Shown one piece after another: positions 40,753 through 51,106 of a stretch of DNA of 64,000 bases (within the stretch, counting starts at the first letter, position 1; every line of letters starts with the position of its first letter). Where the stretch lies: contig JAIEPZ010000023.1 of the NCBI GenBank assembly GCA_019748135.1, positions 14,742 through 78,741 on the forward strand. Direction: 5' to 3'. Position numbers and translations under genes: made by a program. The notes below the pieces were generated by a model. The model made no database searches and was not told the origin of the DNA. It saw only the letters and a list, made by a program, of their open reading frames with translations. Source of the stretch: Hyphomicrobiales bacterium. GTDB taxonomy: Bacteria; Pseudomonadota; Alphaproteobacteria; Rhizobiales; UBA4765.

Positions 40753-42369
40753 CTATGGGACTAATTGCAGAAATCGCGTGGCGTTGGAGGCACGCAAATT
40801 GGGAATGAACCCGCTCAGACGGGCTGACACAAGGTAGCGCCCTGTATAATGGGCAATCGGTGTCAATGGGGTCTCATCGAGCATCACATCTTCCGCCTGG
40901 CGCAGAAGCATAAAGCGCCTGTCGGCATCGCGCTCACTCCGCGCCTCCTGCAACAGGCGATCGAAGGGAGGAAAAGACCAGCGCATCGTGTTCAGGCCAC
41001 TGCCGCTTTCGAGCAGGAATAGGAAATTCTGTGGATCGTTGTAATCGGCAACCCAACCGGCCCGCGCGACGTCGTAATCGCCCTTGTCACGCAGATAGGC
41101 GAAATGCGTGCGTGAATCGGTTGCGACGAAACGGGTGGTGACACCGAGCTGTTTCCACATGTCAGCGACCGCCACCGCCATCGCCTTGTTGTTGTCGCTG
41201 GCATTGTAGCGCAATTCGACACTCAAAGGACGAGAGGCGGTGAATCCGGCCTCCGCCAGGAGCGCCTTCGCCCTGTCCTCGCGCTCGATGATCGACAGCG
41301 CCTGCCATGACGGATTGGCAGTTGTGGCAGCGGTTCCGGCCGTTCCCGGTGGAACGAAGCGCGCGGCGGCAATGATCGAACCGCTGGCGATGTCATCAGC
41401 CAGCACGTCGCGATCAATGGCGATAGAGAGCGCCTGACGCACACGCTTGTCGTTATAAGGCGGCTTGGCGGTGTTAAAGCCAAAGTAGATGGTGCCCTGC
41501 AGCGGGGCGATCATCAGCTGCTCGCCGTAGGCTAGGCGCAACGTCTTGATCTGGTCGCTTGGCACATCGGGCAGAAAATCAAGCTCGCCGGCACGAAAGC
41601 GACGCACACCGGCAGCGAGGTCCTTGACGAGGATATAATCGACAACATCGATGCTGACGGAAGCGGCGTTATGGAAGCGGATATTCTTCGTCAGGCGGAT
41701 ATGCGAGCCCGGTACGTTCTCGGCAAGCACATAGGCGCCATTGCTCACCAGTTTTCCCGGCGCGGTGAAGGCAGCGCCGTGGGCAGCGAGGCTCGCGCGA
41801 TGAACGGGGAGCGTTGTTTGATGGGCGAGCAAGTCAAGAAAATAAGGTGTCGGGGTTTCGAGGGTGATGATCAGCGTATGGCGATCAGGCGCGGCTATGC
41901 CGAGAGCTTCGGGCGTCTTGGTACCGGCACTGATCGCCTCGGCGTTTCGGACAGGATAAATGACATTGGCGTATTCAGCACCGATTGAGGGGTCGACGAG
42001 GCGGCGCAGTGCAACGACGAAATCGTCCGCCGTCACCGGATCACCGTTTGACCATTGCCCATCATGTCTCAGCTTGAAGGTATAGGTCAGCGCATCGGGT
42101 GACACCGCCCAGCTTTCAGCGGCGCCCGGCGCCAATTCGCCGGTCCGGTCCTGAATCAGCAGACCTTCGAAGAGATCGCGAAGGATATGGGCTTCAGCGA
42201 GCGTGGAGCTGCGCTGCGGATCGAGCGTTTCAGGTTCGGCGTCATTGCCGCGATTGAAATGAACAGCGGCGCCCGCCGGACCTGCCGGGAGCGCCGCCAT
42301 CATCAAATTTGCCAGGATAACAAAAGCGGGCGCGCACCATGCAACGCAGAGCCGCGCCCTCGTCATCAA
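40753..42369 (-). CDS. oppA: Oligopeptide ABC transporter substrate-binding protein (copy 1)
   Basis: EPETLDPQ, WSNGDPVTADDF, W.ADYNDP; paralogous to 39047-40639; ATG overlaps the lon stop. Confidence 0.88.
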   Translation of the reverse strand: MMTRARLCVAWCAPAFVILANLMMAALPAGPAGAAVHFNRGNDAEPETLDPQRSSTLAEAHILRDLFEGLLIQDRTGELAPGAAESWAVSPDALTYTFKLRHDGQWSNGDPVTADDFVVALRRLVDPSIGAEYANVIYPVRNAEAISAGTKTPEALGIAAPDRHTLIITLETPTPYFLDLLAHQTTLPVHRASLAAHGAAFTAPGKLVSNGAYVLAENVPGSHIRLTKNIRFHNAASVSIDVVDYILVKDLAAGVRRFRAGELDFLPDVPSDQIKTLRLAYGEQLMIAPLQGTIYFGFNTAKPPYNDKRVRQALSIAIDRDVLADDIASGSIIAAARFVPPGTAGTAATTANPSWQALSIIEREDRAKALLAEAGFTASRPLSVELRYNASDNNKAMAVAVADMWKQLGVTTRFVATDSRTHFAYLRDKGDYDVARAGWVADYNDPQNFLFLLESGSGLNTMRWSFPPFDRLLQEARSERDADRRFMLLRQAEDVMLDETPLTPIAHYTGRYLVSARLSGFIPNLRASNATRFLQLVP

Positions 42370-44798
42370 TGGGCGACAAACATTGTTGAGTTGTCATCGT
42401 CAGCGGTCTTGGCCCCGCCGGCGATCACTTCGCCCTCTTCCCACGTGATGGGGTCGGGCAGACGAACCAAAGCGTTTTTCAGGACCTCGTCCATGCGCTT
42501 GACCGGAATGATGGTGAGGCCGTTCTTCACATTATCGGGGATTTCGGCAAGATCCTTGACATTTTCGTCAGGAATTAGAACCGTCTTCAGCCCGCCGCGC
42601 AAAGCCGCCAGCAGCTTTTCCTTCAGACCACCGATCGGCAGCACGCGACCGCGCAGCGTCACCTCGCCGGTCATCGCCACGTCACGCCTGACCGGAATTC
42701 CCGTCATCACCGAGACGATGGTGGTCGCCATGGCGATGCCAGCCGATGGTCCATCCTTCGGGGTTGCCCCCTCGGGCACATGGACGTGGACGTCACGACG
42801 ATCAAAGAGCGGCGGCTTGATACCGAAATCTATCGCCCGCGAGCGGACATAGGAGGCCGCTGCCGAAATCGATTCCTTCATAACCTCCTTGAGATTTCCG
42901 GTCACCGTCATTCTGCCCTTGCCGGGCATCATGACGGCTTCGATCGTCAGCAATTCGCCGCCCACTTCCGTCCACGCCAGGCCTGTGACAACGCCGACCT
43001 GATCTTCATCCTCAGCCGCACCAAAGCGGAATTTCGGAACACCCAGATAGGATTCAAGCACGTCCCTGGTGACCTTGACGCTCTTGCGCTTGCCCTTGGA
43101 GGCGACCAGCTCCGTCACGCCCTTGCGGCACAGCCGGGCGATTTCACGCTCAAGATTGCGTACTCCGGCTTCGCGCGTATAGCGGCGGATGACTTCCAGC
43201 AGCGCGTCGTCCTCAACCGACCATTCCTTGTCACCAAGACCATGGGCGGTGAGCTGGTGGGGAATGAGATGGCGCCGGGCGATCTCGACCTTTTCATCCT
43301 CAGTGTAGCCGGCGATACGGATGATCTCCATGCGGTCGAGCAGCGCGGGCGGGATGTTCAGCGTATTGGCGGTGGTGATGAACATCACATTCGACAGATC
43401 GTAATCGACCTCCAGATAATGATCGGCGAAGGTCGAGTTCTGTTCGGGATCGAGCACCTCAAGCAAGGCGGATGACGGATCGCCGCGGAAATCCATGCCC
43501 ATCTTGTCGATCTCGTCGAGCAGGAAGAGCGGGTTGGTTTTCTTTGCCTTCTTCATCGACTGGATGATCTTGCCTGGCATCGAGCCGATATAGGTGCGAC
43601 GATGCCCACGGATTTCCGCCTCATCGCGCACGCCACCCAGCGATACGCGGACGAATTCGCGCCCGGTCGCCTTGGCGATCGATTTGCCAAGCGAGGTCTT
43701 GCCCACGCCGGGCGGGCCGACGAGGCAGAGGATTGGGCCTTTCAGCTTGTTCGAGCGGCTCTGGACCGCCAGATATTCGACGATGCGCTCCTTGACCTTT
43801 TCAAGGCCGTAATGATCGTGCTCCAGCACGTTCTGGGCTGCGCTCAACTCCTTGTTGACGCGCGCCTTGCCGCCCCACGGGATCGACAGCATCCAGTCGA
43901 GATAATTGCGCACGACGGTTGCTTCCGCTGACATCGGCGACATCTGGCGCAGCTTTTTCAGCTCTGCAATCGCCTTTTCGCGCGCTTCCTTGGACAGCTT
44001 GACGGTGCGGATCTTCTCTTCGATCTCGGCCAGATCGTCCTTGCCATCCTCATCGCCGAGTTCGCGCTGGATCGCCTTCATCTGCTCATTGAGATAATAC
44101 TCGCGCTGCGTCTTCTCCATCTGGCGCTTGACGCGGCTGCGGATCTTTTTTTCCACCTGGAGGACCGAGATTTCGCCTTCCATAATACCAAGAATGCGCT
44201 CGAGCCGCGCCTGAACCGTCGGCAGTTCCAGCAATTCCTGCTTCTCAGGGATTTTTACGGCAAGATGCGCTGATACCGTGTCAGCAAGCTTGTCCGGTTC
44301 GCTGATCTGCGTCACGGCGGCAACAATTTCAGCTGACAATTTCTTGTTGAGCTTCACATAGTTTTCGAACTCGGCGACGACCGAGCGCATGGTTGCGTCG
44401 ACGGCCACCTTGTCACTCTTCCCATCGTCGATGAGGTCGGCACGCGCCTCATAAAAATCCTGGCGCGGATTATAACTGACGACGCGCGCACGCGCCGTCC
44501 CCTCGACCAGAACCTTGACGGTATTGTCAGGCAATTTCAGCAGCTGCAGCACATTGGCGAGCGTGCCAACCTCATAGATCGCATCATGCGCTGGATCATC
44601 ATCGCCCGCATTGCGCTGGGTCACCAGCATGATCGGGCGGTCGGTACGCATGGTTTCCTCAAGCGCACGGATTGATTTCTCGCGCCCGACAAACAGAGGT
44701 ACAACCATGTGTGGAAACACCACGATGTCACGCAATGGCAGGACGGCGTAAACATCCGATTTCTGGATCGTCGGGGGTGTCTTGTTCTTGTCGCTCAT
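42366..44798 (-). CDS. lon: ATP-dependent Lon protease
   Basis: LPLRDIVVFP, GPPGVGKTS, PKDGPSAG (catalytic Ser), PIGGLKEK. Confidence 0.98.
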   Translation of the reverse strand: MSDKNKTPPTIQKSDVYAVLPLRDIVVFPHMVVPLFVGREKSIRALEETMRTDRPIMLVTQRNAGDDDPAHDAIYEVGTLANVLQLLKLPDNTVKVLVEGTARARVVSYNPRQDFYEARADLIDDGKSDKVAVDATMRSVVAEFENYVKLNKKLSAEIVAAVTQISEPDKLADTVSAHLAVKIPEKQELLELPTVQARLERILGIMEGEISVLQVEKKIRSRVKRQMEKTQREYYLNEQMKAIQRELGDEDGKDDLAEIEEKIRTVKLSKEAREKAIAELKKLRQMSPMSAEATVVRNYLDWMLSIPWGGKARVNKELSAAQNVLEHDHYGLEKVKERIVEYLAVQSRSNKLKGPILCLVGPPGVGKTSLGKSIAKATGREFVRVSLGGVRDEAEIRGHRRTYIGSMPGKIIQSMKKAKKTNPLFLLDEIDKMGMDFRGDPSSALLEVLDPEQNSTFADHYLEVDYDLSNVMFITTANTLNIPPALLDRMEIIRIAGYTEDEKVEIARRHLIPHQLTAHGLGDKEWSVEDDALLEVIRRYTREAGVRNLEREIARLCRKGVTELVASKGKRKSVKVTRDVLESYLGVPKFRFGAAEDEDQVGVVTGLAWTEVGGELLTIEAVMMPGKGRMTVTGNLKEVMKESISAAASYVRSRAIDFGIKPPLFDRRDVHVHVPEGATPKDGPSAGIAMATTIVSVMTGIPVRRDVAMTGEVTLRGRVLPIGGLKEKLLAALRGGLKTVLIPDENVKDLAEIPDNVKNGLTIIPVKRMDEVLKNALVRLPDPITWEEGEVIAGGAKTADDDNSTMFVAH

Positions 44799-44974
44799 TG
44801 TTCAATTCCTTTCCGCGCGTCGTCGCGTCGGCAGTCCCACAGCCCGGGTTCGAGGACGTCGTCACTGACGACACCGGGTGTTCGTGTTCGAGGGCAACGA
44901 ATCTTTGAAGACCAGCTTACGCTTCCACAGACCTGACTGCCAGAGAGGCGGCCATCGTCTGTCGTGTTGAGGGC

Positions 44975-45004
44975 TAGGTGGTTACGGCCTTGTAAATTGT
45001 CAAG
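44975..45004 (-). promoter_or_regulatory. Candidate RpoH (sigma32) promoter of lon
   Basis: Minus strand CTTGAC-N17-CCACCTA resembles the alphaproteobacterial heat-shock consensus. Confidence 0.45.
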
Positions 45005-45064
45005 AATACAAACCATACCGGCCGACATCACGAGCGCGGGATAACGGCATGTCAAAAGCCGACG

Positions 45065-45484
45065 TCAGGGGTTGATGCCGTAGCTGCGCACGCAGGGCAT
45101 ATATGAACCAGCCCAGTAGCCGCCATTTTGCGACGCGCACAGGCTTTGGATGTTCGCTGCCTCACTGGCGCCCCGCTGTTCGGCGCGGTGCTGCTGCAAT
45201 ACCGGACTGCTGTTGACGCGGCGCAGAAAACCCTGAGCACTGGGCAGAAGCTGCGCGCAGCGGCGCGCATAAGGGCTGCCTTCGTTGATGCAGTCACGCA
45301 AATTACTGATGAGAGATTCCGAATTATACTGACATTCGTCCTTATCAATAGCCGAGCGGGAGGCGGCGCATTGCTGGCGCGTGTAGGCGTATTGCCGCTC
45401 GGGATTCCATTGCGCTGCCGCCGGGTCTATTGACAGCTGCAGACAAGCTGCGGCGACCACCACAAACACCGCCAGGTACCGCAT
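45065..45484 (-). CDS. Hypothetical secreted cysteine-rich protein (139 aa)
   Basis: Sec signal (MRYLAVFVVVAAA...AAA|Q), six Cys in the mature part, GAGGG RBS. Confidence 0.72.
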   Translation of the reverse strand: MRYLAVFVVVAAACLQLSIDPAAAQWNPERQYAYTRQQCAASRSAIDKDECQYNSESLISNLRDCINEGSPYARRCAQLLPSAQGFLRRVNSSPVLQQHRAEQRGASEAANIQSLCASQNGGYWAGSYMPCVRSYGINP

Positions 45485-45559
45485 CGCCAGCCCTCTATCC
45501 TGTTACCCTTACCTTGGGGAATAGAATAGAAGGTGGCTGCTTTACAAGCCCTGTTTGCT

Positions 45560-46822
45560 TCAGGCGGTTGCGCCCTTTTCCTCGGGACGGTCGCTGTAAA
45601 TATAGAGCGGACGTCCCTTCCCTTCGACAACCTCGCCGGAAAGGACGACTTCGGAGACGCCTTCAAGGCCGGGAAGATCGTACATTGTCTCCAGCAATAT
45701 GCCTTCCATGATGGAGCGAAGGCCGCGCGCGCCAGTCTTGCGGTCGATGGCCTTGCGGGCGATGGCGCGCAGAGCGTCATCCTTCACGCTGAGATCGACC
45801 TGTTCCATCTCAAAAAGACGCTGATACTGCTTGACGAGGGCATTTTTGGGCTCGGTCAGGATTTTGATCAGCGCATCCTCGTCGAGATCGCCAAGGGTCG
45901 CGATGACCGGCAAACGGCCGATGAATTCAGGAATAAGACCAAAGCGGAGCAAATCCTCGGGTTCGACCATGCGGAACAGTTCACCCGTGCGACGATCCTC
46001 AGGAGCCGCGACGTTGGCGGCAAAACCGATGGAGGTCGAGCGCGAACGCTGCGAAATGATCTTTTCAAGGCCGGCAAACGCACCGCCACAGATGAAAAGG
46101 ATGTTGGTCGTATCGACCTGCAGGAATTCCTGCTGCGGATGCTTGCGCCCGCCCTGCGGCGGCACCGAAGCAACCGTTCCTTCCATGATCTTCAGCAAGG
46201 CCTGCTGCACGCCCTCGCCCGAGACGTCGCGGGTGATCGAGGGATTGTCGGATTTGCGGCTGATCTTGTCGACCTCGTCAATATAGACGATCCCGCGCTG
46301 CGCCCGCTCGACGTTGTAATCGGCAGCCTGCAACAACTTCAGAATGATGTTCTCGACGTCTTCACCAACGTAACCAGCTTCCGTCAGCGTGGTCGCATCC
46401 GCCATGGTGAAAGGCACGTCAAGAATGCGCGCCAGCGTCTGGGCGAGCAGTGTCTTGCCCGAACCGGTCGGACCGACCAGCAGGATGTTCGACTTTGACA
46501 ATTCTACTTCGTTGTTCTTGGCCGCATGATTGAGGCGCTTGTAATGATTGTGAACGGCCACCGACAGCACCCGTTTGGCATGCTCCTGGCCGATGACGTA
46601 ATCATCCAGCACCTTGCAGATCTCGCGGGGCGTCGGTATCCCGTCGCGCGATTTGACGAGCGAGGATTTGTTTTCCTCACGAATAATGTCCATGCACAGT
46701 TCGACGCATTCATCGCAGATGAACACCGTCGGCCCGGCGATGAGTTTACGCACCTCATGCTGGCTTTTGCCGCAGAACGAGCAGTAAAGCGTGTTCTTTG
46801 AATCGCCGGTTGCCTTGCTCAT
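45560..46822 (-). CDS. clpX: ATP-dependent Clp protease ATP-binding subunit
   Basis: CSFCGK...ICDECV zinc finger, [11 protein letters not shown] loop. Confidence 0.98.
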   Translation of the reverse strand: MSKATGDSKNTLYCSFCGKSQHEVRKLIAGPTVFICDECVELCMDIIREENKSSLVKSRDGIPTPREICKVLDDYVIGQEHAKRVLSVAVHNHYKRLNHAAKNNEVELSKSNILLVGPTGSGKTLLAQTLARILDVPFTMADATTLTEAGYVGEDVENIILKLLQAADYNVERAQRGIVYIDEVDKISRKSDNPSITRDVSGEGVQQALLKIMEGTVASVPPQGGRKHPQQEFLQVDTTNILFICGGAFAGLEKIISQRSRSTSIGFAANVAAPEDRRTGELFRMVEPEDLLRFGLIPEFIGRLPVIATLGDLDEDALIKILTEPKNALVKQYQRLFEMEQVDLSVKDDALRAIARKAIDRKTGARGLRSIMEGILLETMYDLPGLEGVSEVVLSGEVVEGKGRPLYIYSDRPEEKGATA

Positions 46823-47020
46823 GCCCGTCAAGCTCCTGTTCTATCCTCCGGCTGCGCTGTGACAGACGCATTCCCAGAAGTGAATTACCGAGTTGGCGTC
46901 CTAGACCCGGACGCCAATCTGACCATGGTAACCGATCGAAGATCAAGAAGGCTTTAATTCGATCAGACAGATTTCATAGCTCACGCGATCACGTTCGCAT
47001 GAGCGTCACATTGTCGCCGC

Positions 47021-47650
47021 TCAGGGCTTTGCGCTCTCTTCCGGGCGTTTTTCCATGACCTGATCGATAATGCCCCAGCTCTTGGCGCCCTCGGCGGTCA
47101 TGAAATTATCACGCTCGAGCGCCGTCTCGACTTCCTTGAGATTGCGCCCGCAATGGCGGACATAGATCTCGTTCAGGCGCAATTTCAGGCTCTCCACCTC
47201 CTTGGCGTGGATGAGGATGTCGGTCACCTGACCCTGGTAGCCGCCCGAAGGCTGATGGACCATGATGCGCGCATTGGGTAGCGCAAAGCGCTGATCCTTG
47301 GCGCCGGCTGCCAGAAGAAGCGAGCCCATCGACGCCGCCTGACCGACACATAATGTCTGCACGGCGGGGCGGATGAACTGCATCGTGTCATAGATCGCCA
47401 GCCCCGAGGTGACCACGCCGCCGGGTGAATTGATGTACATGGCGATCTCTTTCTTGGGGTTTTCAGCCTCAAGAAACAGCAGCTGGGCGACCACCAGCGA
47501 GGCCATGCCGTCCTCGACCGGTCCGGTGAGGAAGATGATCCGCTCTTTCAGCAGCCGTGAATAGATATCATAGGCGCGTTCGCCGCGTGCGGTGCTCTCG
47601 ACCACCATGGGCACGAGATAACTACCATATGTTTCAACAGGATCGCGCAT
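47021..47650 (-). CDS. clpP: ATP-dependent Clp protease proteolytic subunit
   Basis: [37 protein letters not shown]. Confidence 0.98.
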   Translation of the reverse strand: MRDPVETYGSYLVPMVVESTARGERAYDIYSRLLKERIIFLTGPVEDGMASLVVAQLLFLEAENPKKEIAMYINSPGGVVTSGLAIYDTMQFIRPAVQTLCVGQAASMGSLLLAAGAKDQRFALPNARIMVHQPSGGYQGQVTDILIHAKEVESLKLRLNEIYVRHCGRNLKEVETALERDNFMTAEGAKSWGIIDQVMEKRPEESAKP

Positions 47651-47828
47651 GTTTCCTCGCCTAAAGAATCGGGATGTTTCCGGCCTCGCGCCGGAAATCT
47701 CCGCCGATATTGAGAGTGAGCTCGATCAGAGCCCGACTCATTCGCAGATGGGTATTATGCCGCCGTTGTGTAAGAGGCTGCAAATATTCTTGCGCAACGA
47801 GGCTAACGGCCAGCTGGCGTGAAGCTCG

Positions 47829-49238
47829 TTATTCAGCCTTCTTGCGGGTGCGCTTGGGCTTGGGTGCCTCGGCCTCAGCCTCGGTGCCGGGCTCACCTTC
47901 CTCAGGCGCGAAAAGAGCCGCACGCTCAATCTTGTTCTCGCTCACCTTGGCAAGTTCAAGGATATAGTCGACGGCCTTCTCCTCAAAGATAGGAGCGCGC
48001 AATTCCGCCAGCGCTTCCGGGGTCTTGCGGTAGAATTCGATCACTTCGCGCTCCTGGCCGGGAAACTGGCGGGCACGTTCGAAAAGGGCGCGGTTGATCT
48101 CTTCATCCAGCACCTTGATCTGGTTGCGCTCGCCGATTTCAGCCAGCAACAGGCCGAGACGGACCCGGCGCTCGGCGATCTTGCGGTAATCGGCCTTGGC
48201 CTCTTCCTCGTTCGTACCCTCGTCGGCGAAGCTGCGACCGGCGCGCTCCATGTCGGCGGTGAGATTGCGCCAGATGGCGTCCACTTCCTGATTGACCAAA
48301 GTAGGCGGCAGATCGAATTTATATTCACCATCAAGGACATCGAGAAGGCGACGCTTGAGGCGACGGCGCGACTGGGCGCCGTCCTCGCGGGCGATCTGAT
48401 CGCGCACCGCCTCTTTCAGCTTGTCGATCCCTTCAAGGCCCAGCGTCTTGGCGAAATCATCATCCAGCTTGAGATCGCCTGGGGCTGCCACTTCGCCAAC
48501 GGTAACGGCAAAGCTCGCCTCCTTGCCGGCCAGATGGGCAGCCTGGTACTCGGCCGGGAATGTGACCTTGACGGTGCGCTCATCACCGCTTTTGGCGCCG
48601 ATCAGCTGGTCTTCAAAACCAGGAATGAAGCTCTTTGACCCCAATACCAGGGAAATGCCTTGAGATGTTCCCCCCTCGAAGGCTTCGCCGTCAATGGTGC
48701 CGACGAAATCGATGGTCAGCCGATCGCCATCCTTCGCCATGTCGCCTGCATCGCGGGCAACAAAAGGCCGGTTCTGATCGGCGATGCGCTGGACGGCCTC
48801 GTCGATATCCTTGTCGGTCACGTCGGTAACGTCGCGCACCAGTGAAATCGATTTGAAATCCATCAATTCGATGGCCGGCAGCACTTCGAGCGCCATCGTA
48901 TAGGACAAATCGCCGCGCCCCTCGATGACTGCGGTCAATTCGTCCTGATCTTCCGGAAAATTGACCTTTGGTTCGCTTGCCAATTTGAGCTTGTTATCAA
49001 CCGTGATCGTCCGGGTGGCTTCCCCCACCGCATCATTGACCACTTCAGCCATCGCCGACTTGCCGTAGACGCGCTTCAGGTGCGCCAGCGGCACCTTGCC
49101 CGGCCTGAAGCCGGGGATGTTTGCGCGCGCGCGCATCTCTTCCAGACGCGCCGACAGCTTGCTGCCCAGATCGCCGGCGGTGACGACGACCTTGAATTCG
49201 CGCTTCAGCCCGTCATTCAGCGTTTCGGTAACTTGCAT
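47829..49238 (-). CDS. tig: Trigger factor
   Basis: GFRPGKVP ribosome-binding motif, FKBP domain (FIPGFEDQL). Confidence 0.97.
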   Translation of the reverse strand: MQVTETLNDGLKREFKVVVTAGDLGSKLSARLEEMRARANIPGFRPGKVPLAHLKRVYGKSAMAEVVNDAVGEATRTITVDNKLKLASEPKVNFPEDQDELTAVIEGRGDLSYTMALEVLPAIELMDFKSISLVRDVTDVTDKDIDEAVQRIADQNRPFVARDAGDMAKDGDRLTIDFVGTIDGEAFEGGTSQGISLVLGSKSFIPGFEDQLIGAKSGDERTVKVTFPAEYQAAHLAGKEASFAVTVGEVAAPGDLKLDDDFAKTLGLEGIDKLKEAVRDQIAREDGAQSRRRLKRRLLDVLDGEYKFDLPPTLVNQEVDAIWRNLTADMERAGRSFADEGTNEEEAKADYRKIAERRVRLGLLLAEIGERNQIKVLDEEINRALFERARQFPGQEREVIEFYRKTPEALAELRAPIFEEKAVDYILELAKVSENKIERAALFAPEEGEPGTEAEAEAPKPKRTRKKAE

Positions 49239-49380
49239 GGAATTCTTCCTTGGATAATTGGCGCAAAACCAACAACGCCATTTTCAGGCACGGCGGCGCG
49301 GATACGCTTCAAGATCGCGCGGTGCTACAGGAGTGAGCCGGGTTTTTCAAGGCGGCTGCATCCGCCACAAGAATGTTAGG

Positions 49381-49465
49381 TGGTGCGGGCGGAGGGACTC
49401 GAACCCCCACGACTTGCGCCGCTGGAACCTAAATCCAGTGCGTCTACCAGTTCCGCCACGCCCGC
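49381..49465 (-). tRNA. tRNA-Leu(TAG)
   Basis: GCGGGCGTGGCGGAACTGGTAGACGC, anticodon arm CTGGA-TTTAGGT-TCCAG, long variable arm, ends ACCA. Confidence 0.97.
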
Positions 49466-49545
49466 GCGCGGCGCTCTATATCATGGGTTACGTCACTCCG
49501 CGCGCGGAAAATCGACCTTTACCCATCAGTTTCCCTGGTCATAAC

Positions 49546-49707
49546 TTACCTTCGATCCGTCATCAGCAACACCGTCTGCAGCACGAGAAACCCGGCGGCC
49601 ATGGTAAGAAAACCAGCTGCCTGGGCATCATTTCCTGCATACCTGTCTATCATCACGTAGAGCACGACCAGAAACGCGATCCCAAAGCCAAGAACGGTCT
49701 TCGACAT
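49546..49707 (-). CDS. Small two-TM membrane protein (53 aa)
   Basis: GGAGGT RBS 5 nt before the ATG; MSKTVLGFGIAFLVVLYVMI...FLTMAAGFLVLQTVLLM. Confidence 0.6.
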   Translation of the reverse strand: MSKTVLGFGIAFLVVLYVMIDRYAGNDAQAAGFLTMAAGFLVLQTVLLMTDRR

Positions 49708-49750
49708 GAGACACCTCCGTTTCAAAACGGGACATCGCCGGAGCAAGACA

Positions 49751-51106
49751 TTGCCCCGGATCGCAACACTGCCAGAGGCGTGCCAGAGGGGCACGGGGTC
49801 TGGTGCGAACCGCCGCGAGGTCATTGGAGGCGGGCTGATGCTCCCCTTCCTCACCATGAGCCGCGCCCATGGCGAGCCGGGTTACATTGTGCCCCCACGC
49901 CATTCACCCCAGATGCTGACCATCGGGCAAACTCGCGTCCAGTTATTGCCGGCGTCGGCGCTTGCGAGCGAGTTGCTGTCGATAAACGGGCCTGCCGGCG
50001 ATGACGCTTTGAGATTGCGCGCGGGCAGCGAAGAACCTGTGATCATCAGAAACACCCTCGATCAGCCGGTCTTGGTGGTTGCGCGCGGCTTTCGCGGCGA
50101 CGGGTTTGCGAGCAGCGGCGAGACGATCAGTGCGATGAGTGAGCGGACGCTTGCGTTGCGCCCGCATCGCAGTGGCACATGTCTGCTGGTGCCATCGCCG
50201 CTTGAACCAAAGCTCAGCGAGCGCGGAATGGCGGGCCTGCTGATCGTCGAGGACAAGGAACAGATCGCCGTTGACAATGATGTCGGCGTTCTTCTCAAGG
50301 ATTTTCGCCTGGCGCCCGATGGCTCCATTGTGCCGCCGACAGGGCCACGACTGGGTAACGCCCTTGCGGTCAATGGTCGATTGGAGCGGTTTGATGTACC
50401 GATCCGCCGCCATGAAAGGCTGCGGCTGCGGCTTGCCAATGCGTCCACCGTCCGCATTCTCGTTCTGGAGATGCGCGGGTTCGTGCCACGCATCGTCGCT
50501 CTCGACGGGGTGTCGTGCGAGGTTTTCGAACCGGCTGGGAACAAAATTGTCCTGCCACCCGGTGGGCGGGTTGATCTGTTGGTCGAGATCAATTCCAATC
50601 CCGATGCGCCGCTGGCCATCTCGACCCGTTTCGGGCCGATCGATGTGGAGCTTATCGGCCTGCCTTTTGTCGAAGACACCCCGTTGCGACAGGGTTTGCC
50701 TGAGCCCCTGACCGGTCTGCCGGAGATTAAGGGACTGCGGCTTAACCTGGCGAAAGCCCTGCGCGTTGGCATTTCGCCCGAGGGTCGATACTGGCTTGGA
50801 GAGGCGCAGGACACGCAAACCCCGCCACCGTTGTTTTCGGCCGTGCTCGGCCGAACAATCGTTCTTGTTATCGATAATTTGCGCCCGACAGCCGCACTTC
50901 TCCATTGTGACGGCGCGCATCTGCGCCCGCTTGATGGCCTCGATGATGGCGTCAAGCCCTGGGTCCTCGACACGGTGCTGCTGGAACCAAGCGAGCGCCT
51001 GCTCATGGCCTTCGTCGCCGAACGCCCGGGACTTCACCGTCTCTACTGGCGCGATCTGGCAGCGCCATTTGGCGGATTTGTCTGCCGTTTTTCAATTGTA
51101 ACGTAA
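49751..51106 (+). CDS. Multicopper-oxidase-fold protein with degenerate copper sites
   Basis: Tat NRRE leader, INGP, RLRLRLANAS, VALDG, PGGRVDL, DTVLL; TTG start with GGAG RBS (49706 alternative). Confidence 0.8.
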   Translation: MPRIATLPEACQRGTGSGANRREVIGGGLMLPFLTMSRAHGEPGYIVPPRHSPQMLTIGQTRVQLLPASALASELLSINGPAGDDALRLRAGSEEPVIIRNTLDQPVLVVARGFRGDGFASSGETISAMSERTLALRPHRSGTCLLVPSPLEPKLSERGMAGLLIVEDKEQIAVDNDVGVLLKDFRLAPDGSIVPPTGPRLGNALAVNGRLERFDVPIRRHERLRLRLANASTVRILVLEMRGFVPRIVALDGVSCEVFEPAGNKIVLPPGGRVDLLVEINSNPDAPLAISTRFGPIDVELIGLPFVEDTPLRQGLPEPLTGLPEIKGLRLNLAKALRVGISPEGRYWLGEAQDTQTPPPLFSAVLGRTIVLVIDNLRPTAALLHCDGAHLRPLDGLDDGVKPWVLDTVLLEPSERLLMAFVAERPGLHRLYWRDLAAPFGGFVCRFSIVT

